Shown: positions 49,346 to 57,980 of the stretch, piece by piece
Layout: each line of letters opens with the position of its first letter
Position numbering within the stretch: the first letter of the stretch is position 1
NCBI RefSeq assembly: GCF_039969095.1
Contig: NZ_JBDVOL010000017.1
Span: 94,039 to 158,038, forward strand
DNA from: Reichenbachiella sp.
GTDB taxonomy: Bacteria > Bacteroidota > Bacteroidia > Cytophagales > Cyclobacteriaceae
Length of the DNA stretch: 64,000 nt
Reading direction: 5' to 3'
The notes under the pieces: generated by a model
What the model saw: the letters and a program-made list of their open reading frames with translations, nothing else
Database searches by the model: none
What the model was told of the DNA's origin: nothing
Program-made: the position numbers and the translations under genes

Positions 49346-50965
49346 TTACACAAGTGCCTTTTCCATATTTTCAGAATCCTTCCAATTTTTAAGAAGATCC
49401 GAACGGTTATCAGATAACAAATGTTGCTCAAAAAAATCAATCAGCGGCTGAATATGAATAGGTTGTTCGTCCCATTTATTTTCAAAGTCCTCAATGACGT
49501 GATGCTCTGCCACTTGCCTACCTTTGTAAATTTTACGAATTATGGGATGTAAAAAAGCACTCTTATTTGCATTCTTTATGTCATTCCTGTGTACCCTACT
49601 AATATTAAAGGGATTAGCCGCTTTTTCAAATATTTCATTACCATACTCCAATGTAATTGTATAATACTCATCCAAATTTGGACGGGCTTGCTTATGAAGA
49701 TAGTCCACTGGAATAGACTTAAGGTACTTGGCTTCACCACCATCTATTAAAATGGCATCACAAATGAATCCAAATTGTTGCCACAGTGCTGAGGTTCTAT
49801 TTATATTTTGAATTATCAAATTGGTCATTTCCTTGGACTCAGCCTTCACGTTTGAATATGGCCAATCCTTTCCCTTTATTTTCTTGTGAAGAATATGAAA
49901 GAGACATTCACAGTTGTATCTGAAACCATGAACAAAACCGGAAGTGGATTTTTTAAAATCCCTCATTTGGGTAATCGTTCCCGCAAAATACAGACCTTTC
50001 ACATTTACAGATTCCCACTTCTCATTCTGATCAGGAAACCTATCGTCAATTGTTAATTGTGGTTTTACTTGATCATCAAATATGGAAGCGTCAAACTTAA
50101 AGCCAGTGCACGCTATAATAGCGTCATAAATTAATTGTTCAACTTCTCCATCCGCATTACCATATTTAATCGTAGCAGCCAATGTGCCATCTTGTAATTT
50201 TTCAATCAAGTCAATATTCCCATCTATCAAAGCGTTCTGTGATTTTAGCTGATAGGTATCTAAAAAATTATTATTTACTGCTCTAACATGACCAACAAAG
50301 TGGGTTTTCCACGCCATTTTAACCGTATTGGGGCTGCAGACATGGATTTTTGACGCACTTGCTATTAGATGATCTGCCGTCTCCAATGCTGAGTTGCCTT
50401 TTCCCAAAATCAGTACTCTTTTGTTTTCGAATTCTTTTGTATCAACTGAACACTCAGTATATGGCACTACATGTTCAATACCATTAATCTCTGGTAAATA
50501 AGGCAAAGATGTACCTGTAGCCACTACTACGTTAGGACAAGTATACTTTTTGCCATTTCCCAAGTCGATACGAAACTCGTCATCGACCTTAGATATTTGC
50601 TCAACATTAGAGTTGAACTCGACCTTCAGGCTAAATTTTTTTCTGAAATTATCGAGGTACTCAACAAAAGCATCTGCATCGGGAAAATATTCTTTGGTTA
50701 GGTCTTTGAACAACGGTTCATACTCTTCACTCAAGAGAGAATTCCAATCAAAACGCATATTAATTTCCTTGTCTTCAAAACCGGTATGCACCTTGTTTAT
50801 CGAAATTAACTTACGGTGACGTGGAAATTGCCTAAAAAAAGCACCCGCCTCTTCAGCTTTCTCAAGTATAACATAGTCTATACTGTATTTTTCAAAAAAA
50901 TAACCGAGCTGAAGTCCAGCCGGACCAGCACCAATTACAACGACTTCTTTTTTAACTGAATTCAT
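49346..50965 (-). CDS. Two-dinucleotide-binding-domain flavoprotein (FAD + NAD(P)H; monooxygenase/TrxR-like) with a ~170-aa C-terminal extension
   Basis: VVVIGAGPAGLQLG (FAD GxGxxG), VVVATGT, RVLILGKGNSALETADHL (second Rossmann) and GLYFAGT. There is no WxWxIP halogenase motif and no FxGxxxHxxxY/W FMO/BVMO fingerprint. Confidence 0.75.
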   Translation of the reverse strand: MNSVKKEVVVIGAGPAGLQLGYFFEKYSIDYVILEKAEEAGAFFRQFPRHRKLISINKVHTGFEDKEINMRFDWNSLLSEEYEPLFKDLTKEYFPDADAFVEYLDNFRKKFSLKVEFNSNVEQISKVDDEFRIDLGNGKKYTCPNVVVATGTSLPYLPEINGIEHVVPYTECSVDTKEFENKRVLILGKGNSALETADHLIASASKIHVCSPNTVKMAWKTHFVGHVRAVNNNFLDTYQLKSQNALIDGNIDLIEKLQDGTLAATIKYGNADGEVEQLIYDAIIACTGFKFDASIFDDQVKPQLTIDDRFPDQNEKWESVNVKGLYFAGTITQMRDFKKSTSGFVHGFRYNCECLFHILHKKIKGKDWPYSNVKAESKEMTNLIIQNINRTSALWQQFGFICDAILIDGGEAKYLKSIPVDYLHKQARPNLDEYYTITLEYGNEIFEKAANPFNISRVHRNDIKNANKSAFLHPIIRKIYKGRQVAEHHVIEDFENKWDEQPIHIQPLIDFFEQHLLSDNRSDLLKNWKDSENMEKALV

Positions 50966-51066
50966 GTAGTTTAATATTTAATTACCAGGTTTATTAAAGT
51001 AACTTTTCTCACGACACTGCCAATTGTAAACTGGGACATGCTCGTCCGGCTTTTTTCGCATTATAA

Positions 51067-51465
51067 CTACTTCAAAAGCCAGTCTTCGCAATCTTTTACT
51101 GTGTTAAAATTCTCAATTGTAAGATTTCCTAGTTGCACCCGACTATTAATATCATCTACACTAGACCTCGCATAAATATTAGTCGAAACCAATGCTGATA
51201 CCTTTCTCAATCCAACTTTCTCAACTGCAGGAAACCATTCCTTGGTCAAATAATCCTTTAATTCCTCCGTGACCACTTTCAAATCAAGATGGTCGCTCAA
51301 GTGAAGTTTCACACCATTCTCTTTGATGTATTTTGTCATAAATTCACTACCCTCCTTAGCCTGATTCAATTGAATAAATCCCGACCATTTGGTATACAGG
51401 ATTCCACTTGAATTGTCCATTTCAATTTTGCAAAACTTCTTGTCGAATATTAAATTCTTCCCCAT
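51067..51465 (-). CDS. Small protein paralogous to the N-terminal domain of the adjacent PrnB-like protein
   Basis: From the Met at 51465 (MGKNLIFDKKFCKIEM...). By hand it aligns ungapped to residues ~6-106 of the 51536..53062 product, with 38 identities in 101 positions. Shared blocks include EFM, IKEN.VK.H.S, L.LKV, YL...WFP.VEK.GL and LVS. Confidence 0.6.
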   Translation of the reverse strand: MGKNLIFDKKFCKIEMDNSSGILYTKWSGFIQLNQAKEGSEFMTKYIKENGVKLHLSDHLDLKVVTEELKDYLTKEWFPAVEKVGLRKVSALVSTNIYARSSVDDINSRVQLGNLTIENFNTVKDCEDWLLK

Positions 51466-51535
51466 TTTTAAAATAATTTGATTAATTAATTGTGACAAAT
51501 AATGTTGCGGATAGGTTTGGTTTATTAATATTTTG

Positions 51536-53062
51536 TCAATTCGTCTCCTTGATTTGAGTCAGTTTGTTTATAGAACTACTTAGCGAATCAATCCGTTGAC
51601 TATTGGCTTCAAGAATAAATTGAAGAATATCTGTAGAATAGCCTCCACTACCTTTGTCTTGCCCAGTTTCTTCTTGATATTTGTATGACTCTTCTGCCAA
51701 TTTTTTATGTGGCATCCTGAAGCTCTTTTGCATATTGCACAGCTTAAGAAGTGCCTGAGATGAGGCTACCACCTGATCGTTTGGTTTTTCTTCAAGCATA
51801 CGGATAGCCACATCCACCAGACTCTCTTTTCCTGAATAGAAGTCATAAATATCACGCATAAAGGACAAATTGAATGGAAGGTATTTGGTTTTAAATTCCA
51901 CATACTCTTCGTTCATAATTTGAGAACTCCAAAGCAGATGATCATAAACAAACATAGGTAGCTCCACCGCGCCTGGACCGATAAGTTCTTCATTGTTGAA
52001 TACTATTGGGTCATAGTAAAACCTAAGCTCTCTTGCAAAGAATTCTGGTGAAACTGTTCTATGCGCAAAAACTATAGCCTGAATAACGTGCTTAAAGTCA
52101 GCACCTGCTTTTTCACAAAGTTCTTCATAATATGGAGAATCTATTGGTGTATGATGCAACTTGATAAGGTGGTCAATTGCACCTTCCATTGCAGGAAATG
52201 ATTCTGTCACGCTATGCATTAAATCAAGCTCATCTTTTACTGAGGTGTACCTTCTTTTTCGATGACCATCTGGATTCCAAACGGTATAGTGAAGTAAGGT
52301 ATCTCTTGGAGGAAGGTTTGTTTTACGACTTAATTCGTCTAATACATATTCCAAATGCGGTATGGCTTCAATTGGCTCTATATCATGTCTTTTGATAGAA
52401 CCTAGAAAAATTCCAATGTCTCTCATTGAAGCCAGAGATGTATAGAAGTCAAACCCATCCAATTGCTCCGGAGTTGGAAGTTTACGACTCAGTAGACTTA
52501 CCAACCCATCAGCATCTCCATCAGCATTTAATTTCGGAATTAGGCTAACATATTCGTCAATACCAAGCGGATCCAGTTTTTTTACTTCTTCCTCCACCTT
52601 TAGCATTTGAAAGGCCGAGATTTTGTTGACTAGTTGCTGTGTCTCATCAATTGGCGAACGACTTACCTTCAACCAGTTCAAACATTCCTTTTCTAATCCA
52701 AAGGTGAAAATTTCAAGATCTCCATTCCCAAGATAGCTTTTATTCACCTTATTCATTGCAGCCTTAACATAGGGATCAAAAGAGACAAGCACAGCAATTC
52801 TTTCAAGACCTAATTTTTCAACATTGGGGAACCAGTCTGAATTTAGATACTCTCCAACCTCTTTACTTAATACCTTTAGATTTAGTTGATTACTATAGTG
52901 ATGCTTGACATTATTCTCTTTAATGAAGCTGCTCATAAATTCGCAACTTTCTCTTACATGTCTCACTTTTGGAAAACCTTGCCAGTTGGCGCCTATGGCA
53001 TTTAGCTCCGAGTCGTACCAAATGTGGCACCACTCATCTTTCATTAGATCAGTTTGTTTCAT
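51536..53062 (-). CDS. PrnB-like haem enzyme (monodechloroaminopyrrolnitrin-synthase family, IDO/TDO superfamily) fused to an uncharacterised N-terminal ~135-aa domain
   Basis: Residues ~150-508 contain SMRDIGIFLGSIKRH, TNLPPRDTLLHYTVWNP, GPGAVELPMFVYDHLLW, FRMPHKKLAEESY and KGSGGYS. I recall these as the conserved blocks of Pseudomonas PrnB, including the proximal His followed by GSGG. This recognition is from memory, not from a search. Confidence 0.7.
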   Translation of the reverse strand: MKQTDLMKDEWCHIWYDSELNAIGANWQGFPKVRHVRESCEFMSSFIKENNVKHHYSNQLNLKVLSKEVGEYLNSDWFPNVEKLGLERIAVLVSFDPYVKAAMNKVNKSYLGNGDLEIFTFGLEKECLNWLKVSRSPIDETQQLVNKISAFQMLKVEEEVKKLDPLGIDEYVSLIPKLNADGDADGLVSLLSRKLPTPEQLDGFDFYTSLASMRDIGIFLGSIKRHDIEPIEAIPHLEYVLDELSRKTNLPPRDTLLHYTVWNPDGHRKRRYTSVKDELDLMHSVTESFPAMEGAIDHLIKLHHTPIDSPYYEELCEKAGADFKHVIQAIVFAHRTVSPEFFARELRFYYDPIVFNNEELIGPGAVELPMFVYDHLLWSSQIMNEEYVEFKTKYLPFNLSFMRDIYDFYSGKESLVDVAIRMLEEKPNDQVVASSQALLKLCNMQKSFRMPHKKLAEESYKYQEETGQDKGSGGYSTDILQFILEANSQRIDSLSSSINKLTQIKETN

Positions 53063-53335
53063 GGTTAGGTTTTACTGGTTGTCATTTAAAAGCTGATGCA
53101 GTAAACTATATAGTCTTCAAAATTTTCACAACTTATAAAAGTTATTTTACCCGTTATAATTTCAAAATACCGTCAGCTACCTACTTTACCCATAAGATTT
53201 TCACCTAACCATCTAGGTACATATGCCTAATACCTATACCTGTAAATTATTTTTTGTCTGTTTTATCAAATTCAATAATTGAAGACAAGAAACAAGTAAG
53301 ATCAGCACCATTAAATTAAAATCTAGGATAAAAAA

Positions 53336-53361
53336 AGCTCCCCAATCCTAATTGGGGAGCT
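53336..53361 (-). terminator. Rho-independent terminator of the amylase gene
   Basis: 11-bp stem AGCTCCCCAAT / ATTGGGGAGCT with a 4-nt loop. On the minus strand it is followed by a T7 run, 23 nt after the amylase stop. Confidence 0.75.
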
Positions 53362-53384
53362 CACCTTTTTGAAACTAATAGCTT

Positions 53385-55715
53385 CTAGTTCTTTACTAAA
53401 AATGGTTTGGTCTGTGTCACGTGATCTCTGTATGCAAATTTATAGAGGTAATAACCCGTTCGTAAGTTTTGCACATCGAGCTGGATGGTATGATGTCCAG
53501 CCGATTTCTGAACTTTAATCTGTCTTTCTACACGACCCCACAAATCAATAACTTCAATTGAAACAATCCCATCTTCGGGCAAATCAACGTCTAAGTTAGA
53601 GAAGCCATTCACCACTGGATTAGGGAAAATCTCAGATACATTAAACTCTAATTTATTTTCTAAAGTCTCTTCAAAACCTAAGTCTATGGTTCTTGCTGAT
53701 GGAGCGGAGTAAGCTACATATTCACCTTGTTTTACATATACAGCATATCCCCGAGCAGGTGCTTCTACCCAAGCTCTACCGCTTCCATAGACCTGAGTAG
53801 TTTGGCTGTTATCAAAAGCATTCACCAAAACAGTATTGTCCCAATTAGACCAGCTTGAAGGGGTGATGTCCACCCATAGCCCTTTAGTCGAACTACTGTT
53901 ATTAATCACTACAATCGCACCATCCTTGGTTCCATTTCCAGCACGTCTTGCAACGTATACATCATGTGCATCGCCAGATGGATATGGGTTCCCTACATCA
54001 CTCAGCACTTCAAGACTTCCTCCTAAATAGGTGGATCTTACGAACATCAATTTGTTGATGTCCTCTTGGAGGCTGGCTGGAGAAGTTACAGTCGTATTCG
54101 AATCATGGTTATCTACCAGTGTCACGTTGTAGTAGTGAGGATAGAATACACAAGGGCGACCTTCATGTGTCAGGATATAAGCATATCCCATTTTCCAGTC
54201 TTGAGTTACCCATTTGTCATGCTCCTTGCCTGTATCGTGGTTGTCCAACCATGTCACTACGGAAGTACCAGGCAGCGAATGACCGTTTCCATTTCTGACC
54301 ATACCGGCGTTGTTCAACCAGCGCATATCATAGCCGCTATTGCCATTACACATATCGGTCAAAGAAGATTTCAATGGAAAATCAAATCCATCGGCATCAG
54401 CTCCATCTGCTGCCAGGTCATTCACCCAGTCGTTGATTCTTGAATCCGATCCCCAGTATTCACCTACAATAAACCGTTGGTTTCCATTTAGTAAAGGCAA
54501 ACTATTTACCCAATCGGCTGCATAGTCGGCCTGAAATCCTCTAACAAAGTCCAATCGATAGCCGTCAAATCCGATTTCATTGGACAACCATTCTCCCCAA
54601 TCTTCGAAGCGATCTTGTACTACACTACTGTAGGTATTAAAGTCATTTCCAAAACCTTTGGTATTAGGGATAATCTCATCGCCTCCCCAGTCTCCCAACC
54701 AGTCATTACCATCTACTGGATGAAAGTGCGAATAATTCCAGGTCAAGTTAGGCTCTCCAGAACCTGTATGAGTGGCATAGCTAATGCCCGTATTGGTTCT
54801 GGCTTCCAAAGTGGTACTTGCCAGATTATTGCCATTGTACCACACCTCAGCAGGATACAAACCATGGTTTTGGTTGCCCCAATTCCAGCCACTTGTATTA
54901 TCTATGGCTTTGAGTTTAATCACAATGTCATGAGCACTTGATACAGTCACTTGATATTCATCAATGTCAGATGACGAACCAATAAATCCTCTCATGATTT
55001 GTCCAGATCCCGGAAAAACATCTGTATCTCCATTGCCACCGTTCGGCTCACTTTCCCAAGTATAAGTTGAATTATCTCCTGAGCCAGTCCAATCAATGGT
55101 CACTTCGTATCCGCGACTGTCATAACTACCCCAGTCCATTTCGAACCCTTTGATTTTTATATAATAGTCGCCTGTTCCAGCATTAGGAATCACCCATTTG
55201 ATCTCATTGGAAGGGTAAGGTACATGCTGAGAACCATTGGTATAAGCCTCAGCAAAAGTGTAATCTTTCACTGCTGGGTTCGATTCTTCGTCTTCGTCGC
55301 TAGAATAGACGTGATTCAAAATGATATCTGCATACACTTCAATCTTAGGCTGGCCTCCACTGGTGTCGTGCATGTCTGCAATCATATCTTCCAATTCGGA
55401 TCGACTTCCGAAACGAGTTTCGATTGATCCTTTTTGATTATAATTACCCAGATCATAGTGATCGTAAATACCATAGCCCATGTCCACAATTCCCCAATTT
55501 CCTTTGGCTGGTGATGGAAGCCATAGGCCTGTGAAGCCAGCATTCTTCAAATAAGTTGACTTATCAGCAAGATTGTCCCACCAGTCTCCGTCTAGGTTGG
55601 TTTCATCCACTGGAAGATTCCAGTAAAATGCTTGCATCATTACATCATCCTGCGCCTGACTGGCCGTGGCAAACAGAAATGAGCAACAAATCATTAATGT
55701 AATTTTTTTGATCAT
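53385..55715 (-). CDS. Secreted GH13 alpha-amylase with an inserted beta-sandwich module and a T9SS C-terminal sorting domain
   Basis: Signal peptide. GH13 conserved regions DIILNHV (I), GYRLDFVRGF (II), IVGEYW (III) and WLDNHD (IV). About 250 residues separate regions I and II. C-terminal IFPNPVVNGFSNLDVDL...GYYLYKF...FLVKN. Confidence 0.9.
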   Translation of the reverse strand: MIKKITLMICCSFLFATASQAQDDVMMQAFYWNLPVDETNLDGDWWDNLADKSTYLKNAGFTGLWLPSPAKGNWGIVDMGYGIYDHYDLGNYNQKGSIETRFGSRSELEDMIADMHDTSGGQPKIEVYADIILNHVYSSDEDEESNPAVKDYTFAEAYTNGSQHVPYPSNEIKWVIPNAGTGDYYIKIKGFEMDWGSYDSRGYEVTIDWTGSGDNSTYTWESEPNGGNGDTDVFPGSGQIMRGFIGSSSDIDEYQVTVSSAHDIVIKLKAIDNTSGWNWGNQNHGLYPAEVWYNGNNLASTTLEARTNTGISYATHTGSGEPNLTWNYSHFHPVDGNDWLGDWGGDEIIPNTKGFGNDFNTYSSVVQDRFEDWGEWLSNEIGFDGYRLDFVRGFQADYAADWVNSLPLLNGNQRFIVGEYWGSDSRINDWVNDLAADGADADGFDFPLKSSLTDMCNGNSGYDMRWLNNAGMVRNGNGHSLPGTSVVTWLDNHDTGKEHDKWVTQDWKMGYAYILTHEGRPCVFYPHYYNVTLVDNHDSNTTVTSPASLQEDINKLMFVRSTYLGGSLEVLSDVGNPYPSGDAHDVYVARRAGNGTKDGAIVVINNSSSTKGLWVDITPSSWSNWDNTVLVNAFDNSQTTQVYGSGRAWVEAPARGYAVYVKQGEYVAYSAPSARTIDLGFEETLENKLEFNVSEIFPNPVVNGFSNLDVDLPEDGIVSIEVIDLWGRVERQIKVQKSAGHHTIQLDVQNLRTGYYLYKFAYRDHVTQTKPFLVKN

Positions 55716-55776
55716 GTCGATTAGATTTTGAAAGTAACAGCATTTCTCAAATGCCGCCTGATTAACTATTAATCAA

Positions 55777-55800
55777 GTCTTCAAATGTGCCCTTGAAGAC
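55777..55800 (-). terminator. Hairpin between the AraC-type gene and the amylase gene
   Basis: 8-bp stem GTCTTCAA / TTGAAGAC with an 8-nt loop. No clear U-tract. Confidence 0.4.
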
Positions 55801-55890
55801 GATGAAAAACGTCCTATTTTCTAAAATCAGCCAAGAAACTAAAATATACAACACTTGGATACAACTCGTAACTAACTGATATTTTGACGG

Positions 55891-57321
55891 TTAAAGGGCA
55901 TAAGCTTTGAAATATTCTCGGGGGCTCTTATGTGTGATTTTTTTGAAGGCTAGGTTAAATGTAGACTTAGAATTGAAGCCCACCTCATGAGCCAAACCCA
56001 AATAGGTGAGTTTTTCTAATTTGCCACTATTGGCTAAATCAATAAATTCTTCAACTCTATAACCATTGACATAGTCTCTGAAATTTTGTTCAAAGTGTTC
56101 ATTCAATAGCTTAGATAGTATATGCGGTTTAGTCTCCATCAATTCTGCCAAGCGATTAACGCTCAATTCTGCCTCGTGATACACTTTTTCTTTTTCCATT
56201 AAATCACGGAGTTTGGGCAATAGCTCATCAGCTTTATCAATATGTAGAACCTGTGGTTTTTCTTTAAAAAATTGCGCGTCTTTCCACAACGCAATTACCT
56301 CTGTCCAAACCAATAGCGAAAGCACAACAAAAAACCATTTGTATTCACCCAAGTTCCCATTGGTCAGACCACACCCGTCAGTATAAAGACTAAAAAACAC
56401 AAAACATAGACTCACACCATTAAGAATTAAGACCCAAAGGGAAAATGAATACGGTCTTTCTGTTATTTTACTCCATTTCAAATCCCCAATCACTTTGATC
56501 AAATAGTAAAGTGTGATCATGGCTCCTCCTCCCATCAATAATGCCTTCCCCCAAGTTAAAAATCCACTTATCGATAAAGAGAAGAAGCTGAAAAAATCAA
56601 GATTCATCAATCTCAAAAAAGCAATCAAAGAAGCAAGAATGACAGGAATAAAATAATGATAGGTAACTGTCAGGTTTTCCTTGTGTTCAACTTGTTTGAT
56701 AAATAAGTAAGCCATAGGGCCCCAGACAAAAATGAGTGCCTGACCCAAAATAATCAAATAACTTTGCCAGATGGGATTGACCACAAAATAAGCTACAGCG
56801 CTTAAATAGAGCATACCAAAAAACCCGTGCAAAGTCACAAAAATCCGTCTTCTATTCGGATCTTTTTTGAAAATTCTAAATGAAAGTGTCAACAGTATGA
56901 TAGACAAGAATGCAATTGAGAAGTAATAAAATATCAAATATTCAAAACTTCGGGCACCACCTAAATCTTGCCAATTTTTAATTCTTATCGGTATGGGCTC
57001 TGATGACGATCGACTAACCAAAGTTCGATTAGGAATGTACTCATTCTCCGTCCCGGTTTCTACTTTCAACCAATCCCCTCTGGTAAATTTGTATTCTATT
57101 ACTGGCTCGGTAAAATATAGAATAACAGCTAATTGACCGTTGGGCTGCTTTCGCAAAAGATATTCTGGATCACTTGTATTCCAGTTATTGAAAGTGCCTG
57201 TAATAAAGATCGAATCTTGGGCTGGAGTTGTCTCTGGCAGAGACTCAATGATAAACTTGGTCTGACTCGAAGCAGAGTAGGACAAGCAAAATATGATCAA
57301 AAGCCCGTAGTAGTTTTTCAC
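55891..57321 (-). CDS. Membrane-embedded AraC-family regulator: signal peptide + CBM48/CBM20-like module + ~7 TM + cytoplasmic HTH
   Basis: SIFITGTFNNWNTSDPEYLL...IEYKFTRGDW resembles the GxFNNW glycogen/starch-binding module. Seven hydrophobic helices follow. The C-terminus is GFNSKSTFNLAFKKITHKSPREY (AraC HTH). Confidence 0.8.
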   Translation of the reverse strand: MKNYYGLLIIFCLSYSASSQTKFIIESLPETTPAQDSIFITGTFNNWNTSDPEYLLRKQPNGQLAVILYFTEPVIEYKFTRGDWLKVETGTENEYIPNRTLVSRSSSEPIPIRIKNWQDLGGARSFEYLIFYYFSIAFLSIILLTLSFRIFKKDPNRRRIFVTLHGFFGMLYLSAVAYFVVNPIWQSYLIILGQALIFVWGPMAYLFIKQVEHKENLTVTYHYFIPVILASLIAFLRLMNLDFFSFFSLSISGFLTWGKALLMGGGAMITLYYLIKVIGDLKWSKITERPYSFSLWVLILNGVSLCFVFFSLYTDGCGLTNGNLGEYKWFFVVLSLLVWTEVIALWKDAQFFKEKPQVLHIDKADELLPKLRDLMEKEKVYHEAELSVNRLAELMETKPHILSKLLNEHFEQNFRDYVNGYRVEEFIDLANSGKLEKLTYLGLAHEVGFNSKSTFNLAFKKITHKSPREYFKAYAL

Positions 57322-57537
57322 TGTTGTCTAAATTCAAATTGACTTTGACAAATTCAACCTGAGCATTTAATCAAAAAAGTGAAGCGTGATTCACCCTTGT
57401 CTAATGCGCTGATTGAAATAAAACGTGCTTTTTGAAGCTTCAATTTACTTAGAAATCCTTAGAAGTACCCATTCCTTAATTCAATAATTTGTCTCAAAGC
57501 TATTTTGATTAATGAATGGAATGACTGAATTTAGAAT

Positions 57538-57975
57538 ATGACAAGCATTCAAAAAGAAATATCTCTTAACCCGAGACCAAGGGGTTTTCATTTGGTGACT
57601 GAAGAAATTCTGGATGTCATTCCTGAAATAAAAGATATTCAGATCGGCATTTTACAAGTTTTCATCAAACACACTTCGGCCAGCCTGACCATCAATGAAA
57701 ATGCTGACCCTACGGTAAGACAAGATTTCGAAAGCCACTTCAATGAATTTGTGCCAGAAAATGCTCCCTATTATAAGCACACTTACGAGGGTGCTGATGA
57801 TATGCCAGCACATATCAAGTCTTCTTTGTTAGGCAGTTCCGTTTCTATTCCTATCACCAACGGGAAGCTCAATGTTGGCACATGGCAAGGGATTTACCTT
57901 TGCGAACATCGTAACTATGGCGGATCAAGAAAATTGGTTGTCACAGCTATTGGTGAACAAAGCCAAACTCAATAA
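57538..57975 (+). CDS. yjbQ: YjbQ/UPF0047 family protein (secondary thiamine-phosphate synthase-like)
   Basis: 145 aa. VFIKHTSASLTINENADPTVRQD, and the MPAHIKSSLLGSS and GTWQGIYLCEHR motifs. Confidence 0.85.
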   Translation: MTSIQKEISLNPRPRGFHLVTEEILDVIPEIKDIQIGILQVFIKHTSASLTINENADPTVRQDFESHFNEFVPENAPYYKHTYEGADDMPAHIKSSLLGSSVSIPITNGKLNVGTWQGIYLCEHRNYGGSRKLVVTAIGEQSQTQ

Positions 57976-57980
57976 CTGTG

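Noticed and set aside
57322-57537. Looked for a TPP riboswitch upstream of yjbQ (thiamine-related family)
   Set aside because: Only a stray ACCTGAGC is present. The conserved CTGAGA plus ACCTGATCTGGATAATGCCAGC-type core and the pairing partners are absent.
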